A stretch of 64,000 bases of DNA from an uncultured Aliarcobacter sp. (GCA_963677435.1 OY781945.1:32001-96000), one strand, 5' to 3'; positions 50,491 through 60,705 are shown, counted from the first letter of the stretch. Translations and numbers: made by a program. The notes: generated from the letters alone by a model not told the origin.

Positions 50491-51732
50491 ATGAATAAAA
50501 AAGTAATGGAATTAAAAAAAGTAGAAGTTTGGGATGGAAACATGGCAAACTCTCAGGCTTTAAGACAAGCCGATGTTGATGTTGTTGCTGCTTATCCTAT
50601 TACACCTTCAACGGCTACTGTTGAAAACTATGCAATGTTTCATGCAAATGGATATATTGATGGTGAAGTAATTATGGTTGAATCTGAACATGCTGCTATG
50701 TCTGGATGTGTTGGAGCTGGAGCTGCTGGTGGAAGAGTTGCAACTGCAACTTCATCTCAAGGACTTGCACTTATGATTGAGGTTTTATACCAAGCATCTG
50801 GTATGAGAATTCCTGTTGTTTTATGTTTAGTAAATAGAGCATTAGCAGCACCTCTAAATGTAAATGGTGACCACTCAGATTTATACTTAACAAGAGATTG
50901 TGGTTGGATTTCACTTGATGCTTTTTCTCCTCAACAAGCTTATGATATGACTTTAATGTCATTTAAAATTTCTGAACATCCAGATGTTAGACTTCCTGTT
51001 ATTTCTAATCAAGATGGATTTATGACTTCACATACAGCTCAAAATGTTACTCCTTTAGAAGATGAAGTGGCATCTAAATTTGTAGGTGAATATTTACAAG
51101 TAAATGCCCTATTAAATTTTGACAAACCTGTAACTCATGGAGTTCAAACTGAACAAGATTGGCATTTTGAGCATAAAGCAAAACAACATGCAGCTTTAAT
51201 GAATTCTAAAAAAGTTATTCTTGAAACATTTAAAGAGTTCAAAGAATTAACAGGAAGAGAATATAAACTTGTTGAAACTTATGGTGAAGCAGATGCTGAT
51301 ATTGCAATTGTTTGTTTAGGTTCAACTTTTGAAACAGCAATGCTTGCAATTAAACAATTAAAAGAAGAAGGAATAAATGCAGCTGTTGTAGCACCAAGAG
51401 TATTTAGACCTTTCCCCCTTGAAGAAGTTGCAGAGGCTTTACAAAATATGAAAGCAGTTGCATGTATGGATAGAAGTGCTCCTGGTGGAACTGTTGGAAC
51501 TTTATATAATGAAGTTGCAGGTGCACTAATTAATACACCTGCAAGACCTATAATCTCAAACTTAATTTATGGATTAGGTGGAAGAGATATGACAGTAGCT
51601 TTATTAAAAGATATTTATAGAACTTTAGATAAAGAAGCAAAAGAAGGTAAACTAGCTGGAAAAATCCAAAGATTTGTAGGAGTTAGAGGACCAGAACTTA
51701 GTTTCTATGAAGCACAAGGAGTACAAAAATGA
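50491..51732 (+). CDS. porA: Pyruvate oxidoreductase alpha subunit
   Basis: AYPITP, ESEHAA, TSSQGL, DHSD, YGLGGRD. Confidence 0.94.
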   Translation: MNKKVMELKKVEVWDGNMANSQALRQADVDVVAAYPITPSTATVENYAMFHANGYIDGEVIMVESEHAAMSGCVGAGAAGGRVATATSSQGLALMIEVLYQASGMRIPVVLCLVNRALAAPLNVNGDHSDLYLTRDCGWISLDAFSPQQAYDMTLMSFKISEHPDVRLPVISNQDGFMTSHTAQNVTPLEDEVASKFVGEYLQVNALLNFDKPVTHGVQTEQDWHFEHKAKQHAALMNSKKVILETFKEFKELTGREYKLVETYGEADADIAIVCLGSTFETAMLAIKQLKEEGINAAVVAPRVFRPFPLEEVAEALQNMKAVACMDRSAPGGTVGTLYNEVAGALINTPARPIISNLIYGLGGRDMTVALLKDIYRTLDKEAKEGKLAGKIQRFVGVRGPELSFYEAQGVQK

Positions 51733-52697
51733 GTACACTTATCAATACTCAAAAAGAGATTAAAAATTTAAAAACTTTCTCAACTGCTGCTGAGAGATTT
51801 GAGGGTTCACACCTTTTATGTCCAGGTTGTGCTCACTCTATTATTGTAAGAGAAGTTTTAAATGCAACAAATGATAATTTAGTAGTATCAGCTTCAACAG
51901 GATGTTTAGAAGTTTGTACAGCGATTTATCCTCATACTTCATGGGATTGTTCTTGGATTCATATTGGATTTGAAAACTCATCAACTGCAATGGCAGGAGT
52001 TGAGACAATGAATAAAGCTTTAAGAAATAAAGGAAGAATTCCAGCTGATGCTCCTCAACCAAAATTCGTAACATTTGGTGGAGATGGCTCAACTTATGAT
52101 ATTGGATTCCAATGGATTTCTGGATGTTTTGAGCGAGGACATGACTTTATGTATGTTTGTTTAGACAATGAAGTTTATGCAAATACAGGAGGACAAAGAT
52201 CTTCTTCAACTCCAATTGGTTCAAGTACAACAACAGCACCAGCTGGTTCTCACTCATATGGTGAAAAAAGACAGAAAAAAGATATTGTTTCTATTATGGC
52301 AGCTCATGGTGCACCTTATGTTGCTCAAGTTGCTCCAAATAAATGGAAAGATATGGTTAAAAAAATCCAAAGAGGATTTGATACACATGGACCTGTGTTT
52401 ATAAATGCAATGAGTGCATGTACAACTGAGTGGAAATTTGCTCCAAATCAAACTATTGAAGTTTCTGATTTAGCAGTTGATTCACTTGTTTTCCCATTAT
52501 ATGAAATCATTGATGGAAGAGAATTAAATATTACTTACAGACCAAAAACTATTGTTCCTGTTAGGGATTATTTAGGTGCACAACCAAGATTTAAACACTT
52601 ATTTAAGCCTGAATATGAATACTTAATCGACGAATGGCAAAAAAGAGTTGATGAAAGATGGGTATTCTTACAAAAAAGAGAAGAGATAAGAATGTAA
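51729..52697 (+). CDS. porB: Pyruvate oxidoreductase beta subunit (TPP-binding)
   Basis: LCPGC, TGCLEV, GGDGSTYDIG, DNEVYANTGGQ. Confidence 0.94.
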   Translation: MSTLINTQKEIKNLKTFSTAAERFEGSHLLCPGCAHSIIVREVLNATNDNLVVSASTGCLEVCTAIYPHTSWDCSWIHIGFENSSTAMAGVETMNKALRNKGRIPADAPQPKFVTFGGDGSTYDIGFQWISGCFERGHDFMYVCLDNEVYANTGGQRSSSTPIGSSTTTAPAGSHSYGEKRQKKDIVSIMAAHGAPYVAQVAPNKWKDMVKKIQRGFDTHGPVFINAMSACTTEWKFAPNQTIEVSDLAVDSLVFPLYEIIDGRELNITYRPKTIVPVRDYLGAQPRFKHLFKPEYEYLIDEWQKRVDERWVFLQKREEIRM

Positions 52698-52708
52698 TCT
52701 CTTTTGTA

Positions 52709-52746
52709 AAGAAAAATAAAACTTTTTAGAAGATTTTATTTTTCTT
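52709..52746 (+). terminator. Hairpin after porB
   Basis: AAGAAAAATAAAA / TTTTATTTTTCTT. Confidence 0.55.
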
Positions 52747-52936
52747 ACATTTTTTTTTCATACTATTACAAGGTCAATTTAAAACACCTCCTGTTTTTAT
52801 ATATGGCGTAATAAAAATACAATCAAATTTCCCCTTTCCCATTTCATTTTTTAGCTTCCTTTTGAAATGGGAATTTTAATTTTCAAAATCTTTTAAAAAT
52901 TTTATTTTTCTTACATTTTTTTCACATAACATTACA
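52733..52936 (+). repeat. 38-bp direct repeat (52733-52770 and 52899-52936), duplicated promoter-like element
   Basis: 34/38 identity, first 24 nt identical; each holds TTACA and a -10-like hexamer (TACTAT / TAACAT). Confidence 0.85.
52772..52877 (+). ncRNA. Candidate sRNA with anti-Shine-Dalgarno motifs
   Basis: -10 TACTAT 52761-52766; CACCTCCT 52785-52792; terminator stem TTCCCATTTCA/TGAAATGGGAA + TTTT with CTTCCTTT loop; no plausible ORF. Confidence 0.5.
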
Positions 52937-52961
52937 TATAGTAAATAACAAAGGATCATAA

Positions 52962-53933
52962 ATGAAAAATCAATTTTCTAAAATCTGTAAAAACATCGCG
53001 CTAGCTTCTTGTCTAGTTGCAGGAATGGCAACAACTTCTGTTGCATCATCAGTTGAAAAAATCCACTTCCTAATTCCAGGTGGAGCTGGTGGTGGTTGGG
53101 ATGGAACGGCAAGAGGTGTTGGTGAAGCATTACAAAAATCAAAACTTGTTGATCAAGTTTCATATGAAAATATGTCAGGTGGTGGAGGAGGTAAAGCTAT
53201 CGCTTATATGATTGAAACTGCAAGTAAACAACAAGATACTTTAATGGTTAACTCAACTCCAATTGTAATTAGATCACTACAAGGTGTTTTCCCTCAATCA
53301 TTTAGAGATTTAACTTTAATTTCAGCAGTTGTTGCTGATTATGGAGTTTTAGTTGTTTCAAAAGATTCAAAATACAAATCTTGGGCTGATGTAAAAGCTG
53401 CGTTTGATAAAGATCCTACTGGATTAAAAATAGCAGGTGGAAGTTCAAGAGGAAGTATGGATCACCTTGTAGCTGCTCAAATCTTTAAAGCTGCTGGGGG
53501 AAATCCTAAAAATGTAAGATATGTTCCTTATGACGCTGGAGGAAAGGCACTTGCAGGATTATTAACAGGAGAAATTGATATCTTATCAACAGGTCTTGGT
53601 GAAGTTTTAGACAAACATAAAAATGGTGAGTTAAGAATTATTGGTATTACATCTGAAGAACCAATTGATGGTATCCCAAGTTTTAAAAGTTTAGGTGTAG
53701 ATGCATACTTTGCAAACTGGAGAGGATTCTTTGGAGCACCAAATTTACCTCAAGAAAAAATAGATGCGTTTGCAAAAGTTTTTGCTGATATGTATAAAAC
53801 TAAAGAGTGGGAAGATGTTAGAGCAAGAAATGGTTGGACAAATTTATACAAACCAACTACTGAATTTAAAACTTTCTTAGAAAATCAAGAAAAAGGTATC
53901 TCATCTTTAATGAAAGAAATGGGGTTCCTATAA
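52962..53933 (+). CDS. tctC: Tripartite tricarboxylate transporter substrate-binding protein
   Basis: PGGAGGGWDGTAR, NMSGGGG, GSMDHL, NWRGFFG. Confidence 0.92.
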   Translation: MKNQFSKICKNIALASCLVAGMATTSVASSVEKIHFLIPGGAGGGWDGTARGVGEALQKSKLVDQVSYENMSGGGGGKAIAYMIETASKQQDTLMVNSTPIVIRSLQGVFPQSFRDLTLISAVVADYGVLVVSKDSKYKSWADVKAAFDKDPTGLKIAGGSSRGSMDHLVAAQIFKAAGGNPKNVRYVPYDAGGKALAGLLTGEIDILSTGLGEVLDKHKNGELRIIGITSEEPIDGIPSFKSLGVDAYFANWRGFFGAPNLPQEKIDAFAKVFADMYKTKEWEDVRARNGWTNLYKPTTEFKTFLENQEKGISSLMKEMGFL

Positions 53934-53934
53934 G

Positions 53935-53958
53935 ATAAATAGAGTTTACTCTATTTAT
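53935..53958 (+). other. Intercistronic hairpin between tctC and tctB
   Basis: ATAAATAGAGT/ACTCTATTTAT. Confidence 0.6.
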
Positions 53959-53972
53959 TTAAAGGGTTAATT

Positions 53973-54458
53973 ATGACAAAAAACACTATAGGTTCATTAT
54001 TCTTTTTGGCTTTTTCAAGCTTTTATTTTTATTCTGTTTTTAATATAAAAAAGATGCCAGGTAATCAATTTGAAGTTATGACAGCAGCAACATTCCCTTA
54101 TTATGTAGGAATTGCTGGAATTATAATCTCAATTGTGTTACTTATTTCATCATTTTATGAAAAAGAAAAAGTAATTTTATCGTTGCAATATATAAAATCT
54201 TTAGATTTAAAAACTACTTTTTATTTTATAGCTGCAATGTTTTTTTATGGTTTTACAATAAAACCTCTTGGATTTATTATAGCTACTGCCATATTTTTAG
54301 CTATTGGTTTTTTAATTTTAAAAGAAAAAAACTTCAAAAGAATTTTTCTTATTTCAGTTGGAGTATCAGTAGGATTTTACTTGTTATTAAATAATGCATT
54401 AGGTGTTTATATCGATGCAGGTGATTTAATTGATAATTTATTAGGAGCTTTATCATGA
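53973..54458 (+). CDS. tctB: Tripartite tricarboxylate transporter TctB
   Basis: About 4-5 TM; FP motif; LGFIIAT; lies between tctC and tctA. Confidence 0.85.
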   Translation: MTKNTIGSLFFLAFSSFYFYSVFNIKKMPGNQFEVMTAATFPYYVGIAGIIISIVLLISSFYEKEKVILSLQYIKSLDLKTTFYFIAAMFFYGFTIKPLGFIIATAIFLAIGFLILKEKNFKRIFLISVGVSVGFYLLLNNALGVYIDAGDLIDNLLGALS

Positions 54459-55972
54459 TGGATGGTATTATACTAGGAGCGGTAACTGCTCTTTCAATGT
54501 ACAATATTTTAATGGTAACTATTGGATGTTTTGCAGGAACATTTATTGGAATGATTCCAGGACTTGGACCAATAAGTGCTATTGCTTTAATGATTCCAAT
54601 TACTTATGGAATGGATCCATCATCTGGATTAATCCTAATTGCTGGTGTTTATTATGGTGCAATTTTTGGAGGTTCAACTTCATCAATTTTAATTAATGCT
54701 CCAGGAGTTGCTGGAACTGTTGCTTCTGCTTTTGATGGTTTTCCAATGGCAAAACAAGGTCATGCAGGAAAAGCTTTAGCAATTGCTGCTTATTCATCAT
54801 TTAGTGGTGGAACAATTGCAGCTATTTTCTTACTTTTTGCAGCACCAGCTCTTGCAAGTGTGAGTTTAAGTTTTCAGTCATCTGATTATTTTGCTTTAAT
54901 GGTTTTAGGATTAACAGCAGTTGCTGCGTTTGCTGGAAAAGGAAAGTTCTTAAAAGCTGCAATTATGACTGTCTTTGGTCTTATGTTAGCAACTGTTGGG
55001 ACAGATTCTGATTCTGGAATTGCAAGATTTACATTTGGAAGAATGGATTTAATTGATGGAATTTCATTTTTATTATTAGCAATGGCAGCCTTTGCTCTTT
55101 CAGAAGCTTTAATGAATGTTTTAGAACAACATAATATGACAAAAGAAGAACAAGATGCTCTAAAACAAAATATTGGTAGTTTAAAACTAACACGAGCGGA
55201 AGTTAAAGAGATAGCTCCTACTATTGGAAGATCATCTGTTTTAGGATTCTTTGTTGGTGTTCTTCCAGGTGCAGGTGCTACTATTGCTTCATTTTTAGCT
55301 TATGGGATGGAAAGAAGTTTTGCAAGTGCAAAAGAAAAACTAAAATTTGGTAAAGGAAGTTTAAGAGGATTAGCAGCTCCTGAAAGTGCTAACAATGCAG
55401 CTTGTTCAGGTTCATTTGTTCCATTATTAACTTTAGGAATTCCAGGATCTGGAACAACAGCTATTATTTTAGGTGCATTATTATCTTATGGGATTCAACC
55501 AGGTCCTACTATGTATATTGATAATCCAGCACTATTTTGGTCTGTAATTATTTCTATGTATATTGGAAACTTTGTACTTTTAATTTTAAATTTACCATTA
55601 ATTCCATATATTGCAAAACTATTAGCAGTTCCTAAACAACTGTTATTACCGTTGATTGTATTCTTTTCACTTGTTGGTGTTTATTTAGTAACTTTCAACA
55701 ACTTTGATATTTATATGATGACAGCGTTTGCCGTTGTTGCCCTATTCTTAAGAATAATTGATTTCCCAATGGCTCCTATGATTTTAGGATTTATTTTAGG
55801 TGGAATGATGGAAGATAACTTAAGACGAGCATTAACAATTAGTGATGGTTCACTTTCATTTTTATGGGAAAGACCTATTACTTTATCAATTTTAGTTCTT
55901 ACTGTTGTATTATTATTAATGCCAATAATTACTGAGTTTTTAGCTAAAATGAAAAAAAGAAAAGAGATTTAA
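54455..55972 (+). CDS. tctA: Tripartite tricarboxylate transporter permease TctA
   Basis: GMIPGLG, GGSTSSILINAPG, DGFPMA, PESANNA, LTLGIPG. Confidence 0.95.
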   Translation: MMDGIILGAVTALSMYNILMVTIGCFAGTFIGMIPGLGPISAIALMIPITYGMDPSSGLILIAGVYYGAIFGGSTSSILINAPGVAGTVASAFDGFPMAKQGHAGKALAIAAYSSFSGGTIAAIFLLFAAPALASVSLSFQSSDYFALMVLGLTAVAAFAGKGKFLKAAIMTVFGLMLATVGTDSDSGIARFTFGRMDLIDGISFLLLAMAAFALSEALMNVLEQHNMTKEEQDALKQNIGSLKLTRAEVKEIAPTIGRSSVLGFFVGVLPGAGATIASFLAYGMERSFASAKEKLKFGKGSLRGLAAPESANNAACSGSFVPLLTLGIPGSGTTAIILGALLSYGIQPGPTMYIDNPALFWSVIISMYIGNFVLLILNLPLIPYIAKLLAVPKQLLLPLIVFFSLVGVYLVTFNNFDIYMMTAFAVVALFLRIIDFPMAPMILGFILGGMMEDNLRRALTISDGSLSFLWERPITLSILVLTVVLLLMPIITEFLAKMKKRKEI

Positions 55973-55984
55973 TCTCTTTTCTTT
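55956..55984 (+). terminator. Hairpin at tctA end
   Basis: AAAGAAAAGAGATT / AATCTCTTTTCTTT. Confidence 0.65.
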
Positions 55985-55998
55985 AAAAAGGTATTATC

Positions 55999-56685
55999 AT
56001 GGATATTTTTAGAAAATATACTATTTTGTATATTGAAGATGATGAGGGTGTAAGAACTATAAATTGCCGTTTTTTAAATCGAATGTTTAATGAACTTTAC
56101 GAAGCAAAAGATGGAATTGAGGGTTATGAACTATATAAAAAATATCATCCAGATATTATACTAACAGATATTAAAATGCCAAGACTTGATGGAATTAGCC
56201 TTGCAAAAAAAATCAGAGAAAAAGATTCTACAACTAAAATAATAATCTCAACAGCATTTAGTGAAAAAAGTTATTTATTAGATGCAATAGAGTTAAATCT
56301 TGAAAAATATATTATAAAACCACTAACAAGCAGAAACCTAATGCCAGCTCTTACAAAAGCTGTTGAAGGTTTAGAAAAACAAAAAGATTTCAAAATAATG
56401 CTTGATGATAACTTCTATTTTGATAATAATACTTCACTTTTTTATTTTAATGACAAAGTAATAGACCTACCAAAAAAAGAGTTACTATTCTTAAAACTTT
56501 TAACACTTAATAAAGATAGAGTTGTATCTTATGATGAGATAGAACAAACTATTTGGGAAGATGAATATATGAGTTTAAATTCTTTGCGAACAAGTATTGG
56601 ATTTTTACGAAAAAAACTTCCATTTAATTGTATTAAAAATATTTCAAATATGGGGTATAAGTTAAATCTTGAAAAAAAGTCTTAA
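55999..56685 (+). CDS. OmpR family response regulator
   Basis: IEDD, TDIKMP, STA, IKP, wHTH IKNISNMGY. Confidence 0.92.
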   Translation: MDIFRKYTILYIEDDEGVRTINCRFLNRMFNELYEAKDGIEGYELYKKYHPDIILTDIKMPRLDGISLAKKIREKDSTTKIIISTAFSEKSYLLDAIELNLEKYIIKPLTSRNLMPALTKAVEGLEKQKDFKIMLDDNFYFDNNTSLFYFNDKVIDLPKKELLFLKLLTLNKDRVVSYDEIEQTIWEDEYMSLNSLRTSIGFLRKKLPFNCIKNISNMGYKLNLEKKS

Positions 56686-58858
56686 ATCAAACCTAGAAAA
56701 TGGTATAAAAAAAACCACCCTATTAAGTTCAACAATAATCATAATAACAGTAGCCACAATTACTGGCTATAGTCTTATAAAAACAGAGTATGATAACTTT
56801 AAAAATCATATAAATAATTTTAAAGAGACTTTAATTGAAAGGGAAAAATTTTATATAAAAAGCTCTGTTGATAATCTAAAAAATGATATAGATTTTGAAG
56901 AGTTATCAATAATCAATAACAAAAAACTTCGATTAAAAAACCAATCAATAGTAGCTTATAATCTTGCTCATTCCCTTTATGAAAAAACAAAAAAATTAAC
57001 TAAACAAGAACAAATAAATCTTATTAAAACATCTATTAGTCAAATAGCACAAAAAGCAAATGATATTAACTATTTTATTTTAGATACAAGTGGTAATCTT
57101 ATTTTAAATACAGATAGTAAAGCAGATGAAAATCAAAACTTTTATAATTTTGAAGATATAAATGGGAAAAAATTTATTAATGAAATGATTAATTTCACAG
57201 AAGAGAAACAAAACTTCGTTGATTACTTTTGGTATATGCCAAATAATAGTATTACTGCTGAAAAAATCACTTATTCAAGACAATTAAAAGAGTTAGGTTT
57301 AATTATTGGTTCTGGTTCTTTTCTTGAAAGGTACCATGAAGAACTAACAACTAAACTTATCAAAAAAATCACAAATCAAAATTTTAATAATGAAGAATTT
57401 ATTTTTATTTATAAAATAAATAGTTTAAATGACATTATAAATAAAAGTGAATTGGTTACTAATAAATTAATAAATCCAAAAAAAGAAGAACTAGAAGCTA
57501 TGAAGAAACTTCTTATAAATACAAACTATAAAGGAAATGATTATCTATTTTACAACAACAATCAACAGCTAATTTATGGAACTTACCTAAAAGAGTATAG
57601 ATATTTTATTGCCATTGGAGTAAATCTCGCAAATATCTATGATATTGTCGAAAAAGAGAGAAATATCTCTTTAGAAAATATGTATAAGAATATCATTCGA
57701 TTGGTTATTATTATTACAATTATGACCATAATATTTTTTATATTTTCTTTGTTATTTACAAAAAGAATTGAAACGATTTTTCAAGAATATAAAGAAAATG
57801 TAATTTTAAATGAAGATAAATATCATATGCTTTTTAATCATAGCAACGATGCTTTTATAATCTCTGAACTTGATAATAATGACTATACAAGAATTACAAG
57901 TTACAATAAAACAGCTTCTAAGGTAACTTTATACGATGAAGAAGAGTTAATAGATAAAAAGTTTTTTGATTTATTTATCAATCTTGATACAAAAAAAATA
58001 CTGGAAGATAAATCATTTTTTGATACGGTTAAACTAAAAACAAAAGATGAAGATATTAAAACTATTGAATTAAGTATTATTATTTATGAAGCTAATAAAC
58101 AAACTATTGTTTTTGCTTCACTAAGAGATATAACAGAAAGAACTTTACTAAAAGAGAATAAAGAAAAACAAGAAAAAATCTTAATTCAAAAATCAAAAAT
58201 GGCTTCAATGGGTGAAATGATTGGAAATATTGCCCACCAATGGAGACAACCATTAAGTCAATTATCTGGTTTGTTTTTTGATATAGAATCTGCTTATGAT
58301 TATAAAGAATTAAATAAAAAATATCTTCAAAATCGAGTTGAAGAAGCAAATGATTTATTAGAATATATGTCAAAAACAATAGATGATTTTAGAAACTTTT
58401 TTAATCCAAATTCTAAAAAAGAGAAATTTTTCATAAAAGACTCAGTTGATAATGCAGTAAAAATAGTTAAATCAACCCTTGATTTTTATCATATAGAATT
58501 AATTGTGAATATTGATGAATTTTATGAAATCAATGGTTACAAAAATGAATATTCACAAGCAGTTATGAATATAATTTCAAATGCAAAAGATATATTAATT
58601 GAAAAAAATATACAAAATCCTCAAATAAAAATTTATTTAGAAAAAAATAAAAAAGCTACTCTTTGTATTGAAGATAACGCAGGTGGAATAAATGAGCAAA
58701 TCATTGATAAAATTTTTGATCCATATTTCACCACAAAATATGAATATGGTACAGGAATTGGACTTTATATGACTAAATTGATTATTGAAGAGAAAATGAA
58801 TGGTTCAATTTCTGCAAAAAATACAAAAGATGGAGCTAAATTTCTTATTGAAATATAG
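56669..58858 (+). CDS. Cache + PAS sensor histidine kinase
   Basis: Cache-like YFILD...DINGK...YFW...IIGSG; PAS LFNHSNDAF...RDITER; IAHQWRQP; DNAGGI; GTGIGL. Confidence 0.9.
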   Translation: MKKSLKSNLENGIKKTTLLSSTIIIITVATITGYSLIKTEYDNFKNHINNFKETLIEREKFYIKSSVDNLKNDIDFEELSIINNKKLRLKNQSIVAYNLAHSLYEKTKKLTKQEQINLIKTSISQIAQKANDINYFILDTSGNLILNTDSKADENQNFYNFEDINGKKFINEMINFTEEKQNFVDYFWYMPNNSITAEKITYSRQLKELGLIIGSGSFLERYHEELTTKLIKKITNQNFNNEEFIFIYKINSLNDIINKSELVTNKLINPKKEELEAMKKLLINTNYKGNDYLFYNNNQQLIYGTYLKEYRYFIAIGVNLANIYDIVEKERNISLENMYKNIIRLVIIITIMTIIFFIFSLLFTKRIETIFQEYKENVILNEDKYHMLFNHSNDAFIISELDNNDYTRITSYNKTASKVTLYDEEELIDKKFFDLFINLDTKKILEDKSFFDTVKLKTKDEDIKTIELSIIIYEANKQTIVFASLRDITERTLLKENKEKQEKILIQKSKMASMGEMIGNIAHQWRQPLSQLSGLFFDIESAYDYKELNKKYLQNRVEEANDLLEYMSKTIDDFRNFFNPNSKKEKFFIKDSVDNAVKIVKSTLDFYHIELIVNIDEFYEINGYKNEYSQAVMNIISNAKDILIEKNIQNPQIKIYLEKNKKATLCIEDNAGGINEQIIDKIFDPYFTTKYEYGTGIGLYMTKLIIEEKMNGSISAKNTKDGAKFLIEI

Positions 58859-58903
58859 TAATAATTTCATTTTATTTACATTTATTCTTGCTATTATACA
58901 TTT

Positions 58904-59557
58904 ATGAATGCAATAAAAAATTTAATTCGAGGTAATAAGTTATTTCGTAAATACCAATTTGATGAGTTCAAAGATGATTTATCAGAACTAAATGCTACTG
59001 GTCAAAAACCAGAAATTTTATTTATTACTTGTTGTGATAGCCGCATCACCATTGATTTTATGGTTGGAAGTAAACCAGGTGATTTGTTTATTTTACGAAA
59101 TATTGGAAATTTTGTTCCGCCATTTAGCCTAAATGGTGATTTTCATGGAACTGCTTCAGCTATTGAATATGCTGTTTCAATTTTAAATGTTTCACATATT
59201 ATTGTTTGTGGTCACTCTTATTGTGGAGCTTGTAAAAGTTTGTATGAAGATATCCCAGATACTCAACATTATATAAATATTAAAAAATGGCTTCAATTAG
59301 GTCAAGAAGCAAAAAATATAACTTTAGAAAATAAAAATCTTTATAAAACTCAAGAAGATTTATATAAAGCAACTGAAAAAAACTCAATTATTTGTCAAGT
59401 GAAAAATCTTTTAACATATCCAGCAATAAAAGAAAAAATAGAGTTAAATAATATTACTATACACGGCTGGTATTACAATTTAGATGATGGCTCAATTGAA
59501 TACTATGACAAAAATAAAAACTCTTTTAAAGAGATAAGTGAATATCTAAACAACTAA
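58904..59557 (+). CDS. Beta-class carbonic anhydrase
   Basis: GQKP, CCDSR, PGDLFILRNIGN, CGHSYCG, HGWYY. Confidence 0.95.
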   Translation: MNAIKNLIRGNKLFRKYQFDEFKDDLSELNATGQKPEILFITCCDSRITIDFMVGSKPGDLFILRNIGNFVPPFSLNGDFHGTASAIEYAVSILNVSHIIVCGHSYCGACKSLYEDIPDTQHYINIKKWLQLGQEAKNITLENKNLYKTQEDLYKATEKNSIICQVKNLLTYPAIKEKIELNNITIHGWYYNLDDGSIEYYDKNKNSFKEISEYLNN

Positions 59558-59578
59558 TTCTTAATAGGAAATATACTT

Positions 59579-60616
59579 ATGCAAAACCCCAAAATATGGT
59601 TACAAATGCTACTTGCTATTTTAATAGGTGCATTTGGTTCTGTATTATTTATATATCTTCATTTACCTTTACCTTGGTTATTAGGTGCCATATTTACCTC
59701 ATCAATAGCTATAAGATTTCAAAACATACCTATACAAAGTCCAAAGATATTTTCAACTCCTGCACGAATTATAATTGGTCTTATTATTGGAAGTGCCTTT
59801 ACTCCTCAAATTTTAGAACAACTTCATATATATCTTTTTAGTATATTATTAATCATTCCATACACTATCTTAGTTACATTTGCAGGGATGTATTATTATA
59901 ATAAAGTTCTAAATTTTGATAAAAGAACAGCATTTTTTAGCTCAGTTCCTGGTGGTGTAATTGAAATGGTAATATTAGGAGAACAGTTAAAAGCTGATAC
60001 TTCAAAGATTACATTAGTTCAATCTTCAAGACTTTTATTTATAGTTTTGAGTTTACCTTTTATTATTCAATATATTTTTCACATTGATATAAGTGGTAAC
60101 CGATTAATCACTACTCCTTTAAGAGAAGTTTATTTGCCTGATTTCTTTTTCTTGGCAATACTTGGAATTGTTGGAGCTTACTTAGCAAAGAAGCTACATA
60201 TATCAGCTGCATATTTAATCGGTCCTATGATTTTAAGCATTATTGCTTTTAGTTTGGGTTTTGTACATTCAAAACCACCCGATGAATTAATAAAGTTTGT
60301 ACAAGTAATCTTTGGAACAATTATTGGATTTACTTTTAGAGGTGTTACTTTAAAAATCATAATAAAAACATTGATAGGAACTTTTGGACATTTTATTATA
60401 CTAGCAAGTGTTAGTGCTTTATTTATATGTATAGTTTATTTTATTTTTGATTTTCCAATTATTTCAATACTTCTAGCTTTTAGTCCAGGTGGACAAGCTG
60501 AAATAAATCTAATAGCCATTTTAGTAGCTGCAAATATTCCTTATATAACTGTTCATCATATAGTCAGACTATTTTTAGTTATGAATATTGCACCTCTTTT
60601 GGCTAAAAGATTATAG
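59579..60616 (+). CDS. AbrB family (putative ammonia monooxygenase-like) membrane protein
   Basis: LPLPWLLG, PGGVIEM, QSSRL, PGGQAEI, HHIVRL; duplicated membrane domain. Confidence 0.88.
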   Translation: MQNPKIWLQMLLAILIGAFGSVLFIYLHLPLPWLLGAIFTSSIAIRFQNIPIQSPKIFSTPARIIIGLIIGSAFTPQILEQLHIYLFSILLIIPYTILVTFAGMYYYNKVLNFDKRTAFFSSVPGGVIEMVILGEQLKADTSKITLVQSSRLLFIVLSLPFIIQYIFHIDISGNRLITTPLREVYLPDFFFLAILGIVGAYLAKKLHISAAYLIGPMILSIIAFSLGFVHSKPPDELIKFVQVIFGTIIGFTFRGVTLKIIIKTLIGTFGHFIILASVSALFICIVYFIFDFPIISILLAFSPGGQAEINLIAILVAANIPYITVHHIVRLFLVMNIAPLLAKRL

Positions 60617-60705
60617 ATTATTCTAAAATTAAGATAATGCTTAGCTTTTGGCTAAAAATTGATATTATGGCAAATATAATCTAAACTTAACAATTAAGGC
60701 TTAAA

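Noticed and set aside
52764..52792. Minus-strand AGGAGG RBS followed by TTG as a micro-ORF
   Set aside because: Reads TTG ACC TTG TAA (3 codons); the terminator U-tract orientation favours a plus-strand RNA
60596..60657. 13-bp direct repeat CTTTTGGCTAAAA twice
   Set aside because: One copy is inside the AbrB coding end, AT-rich, no mobile element between; not distinguishable from chance
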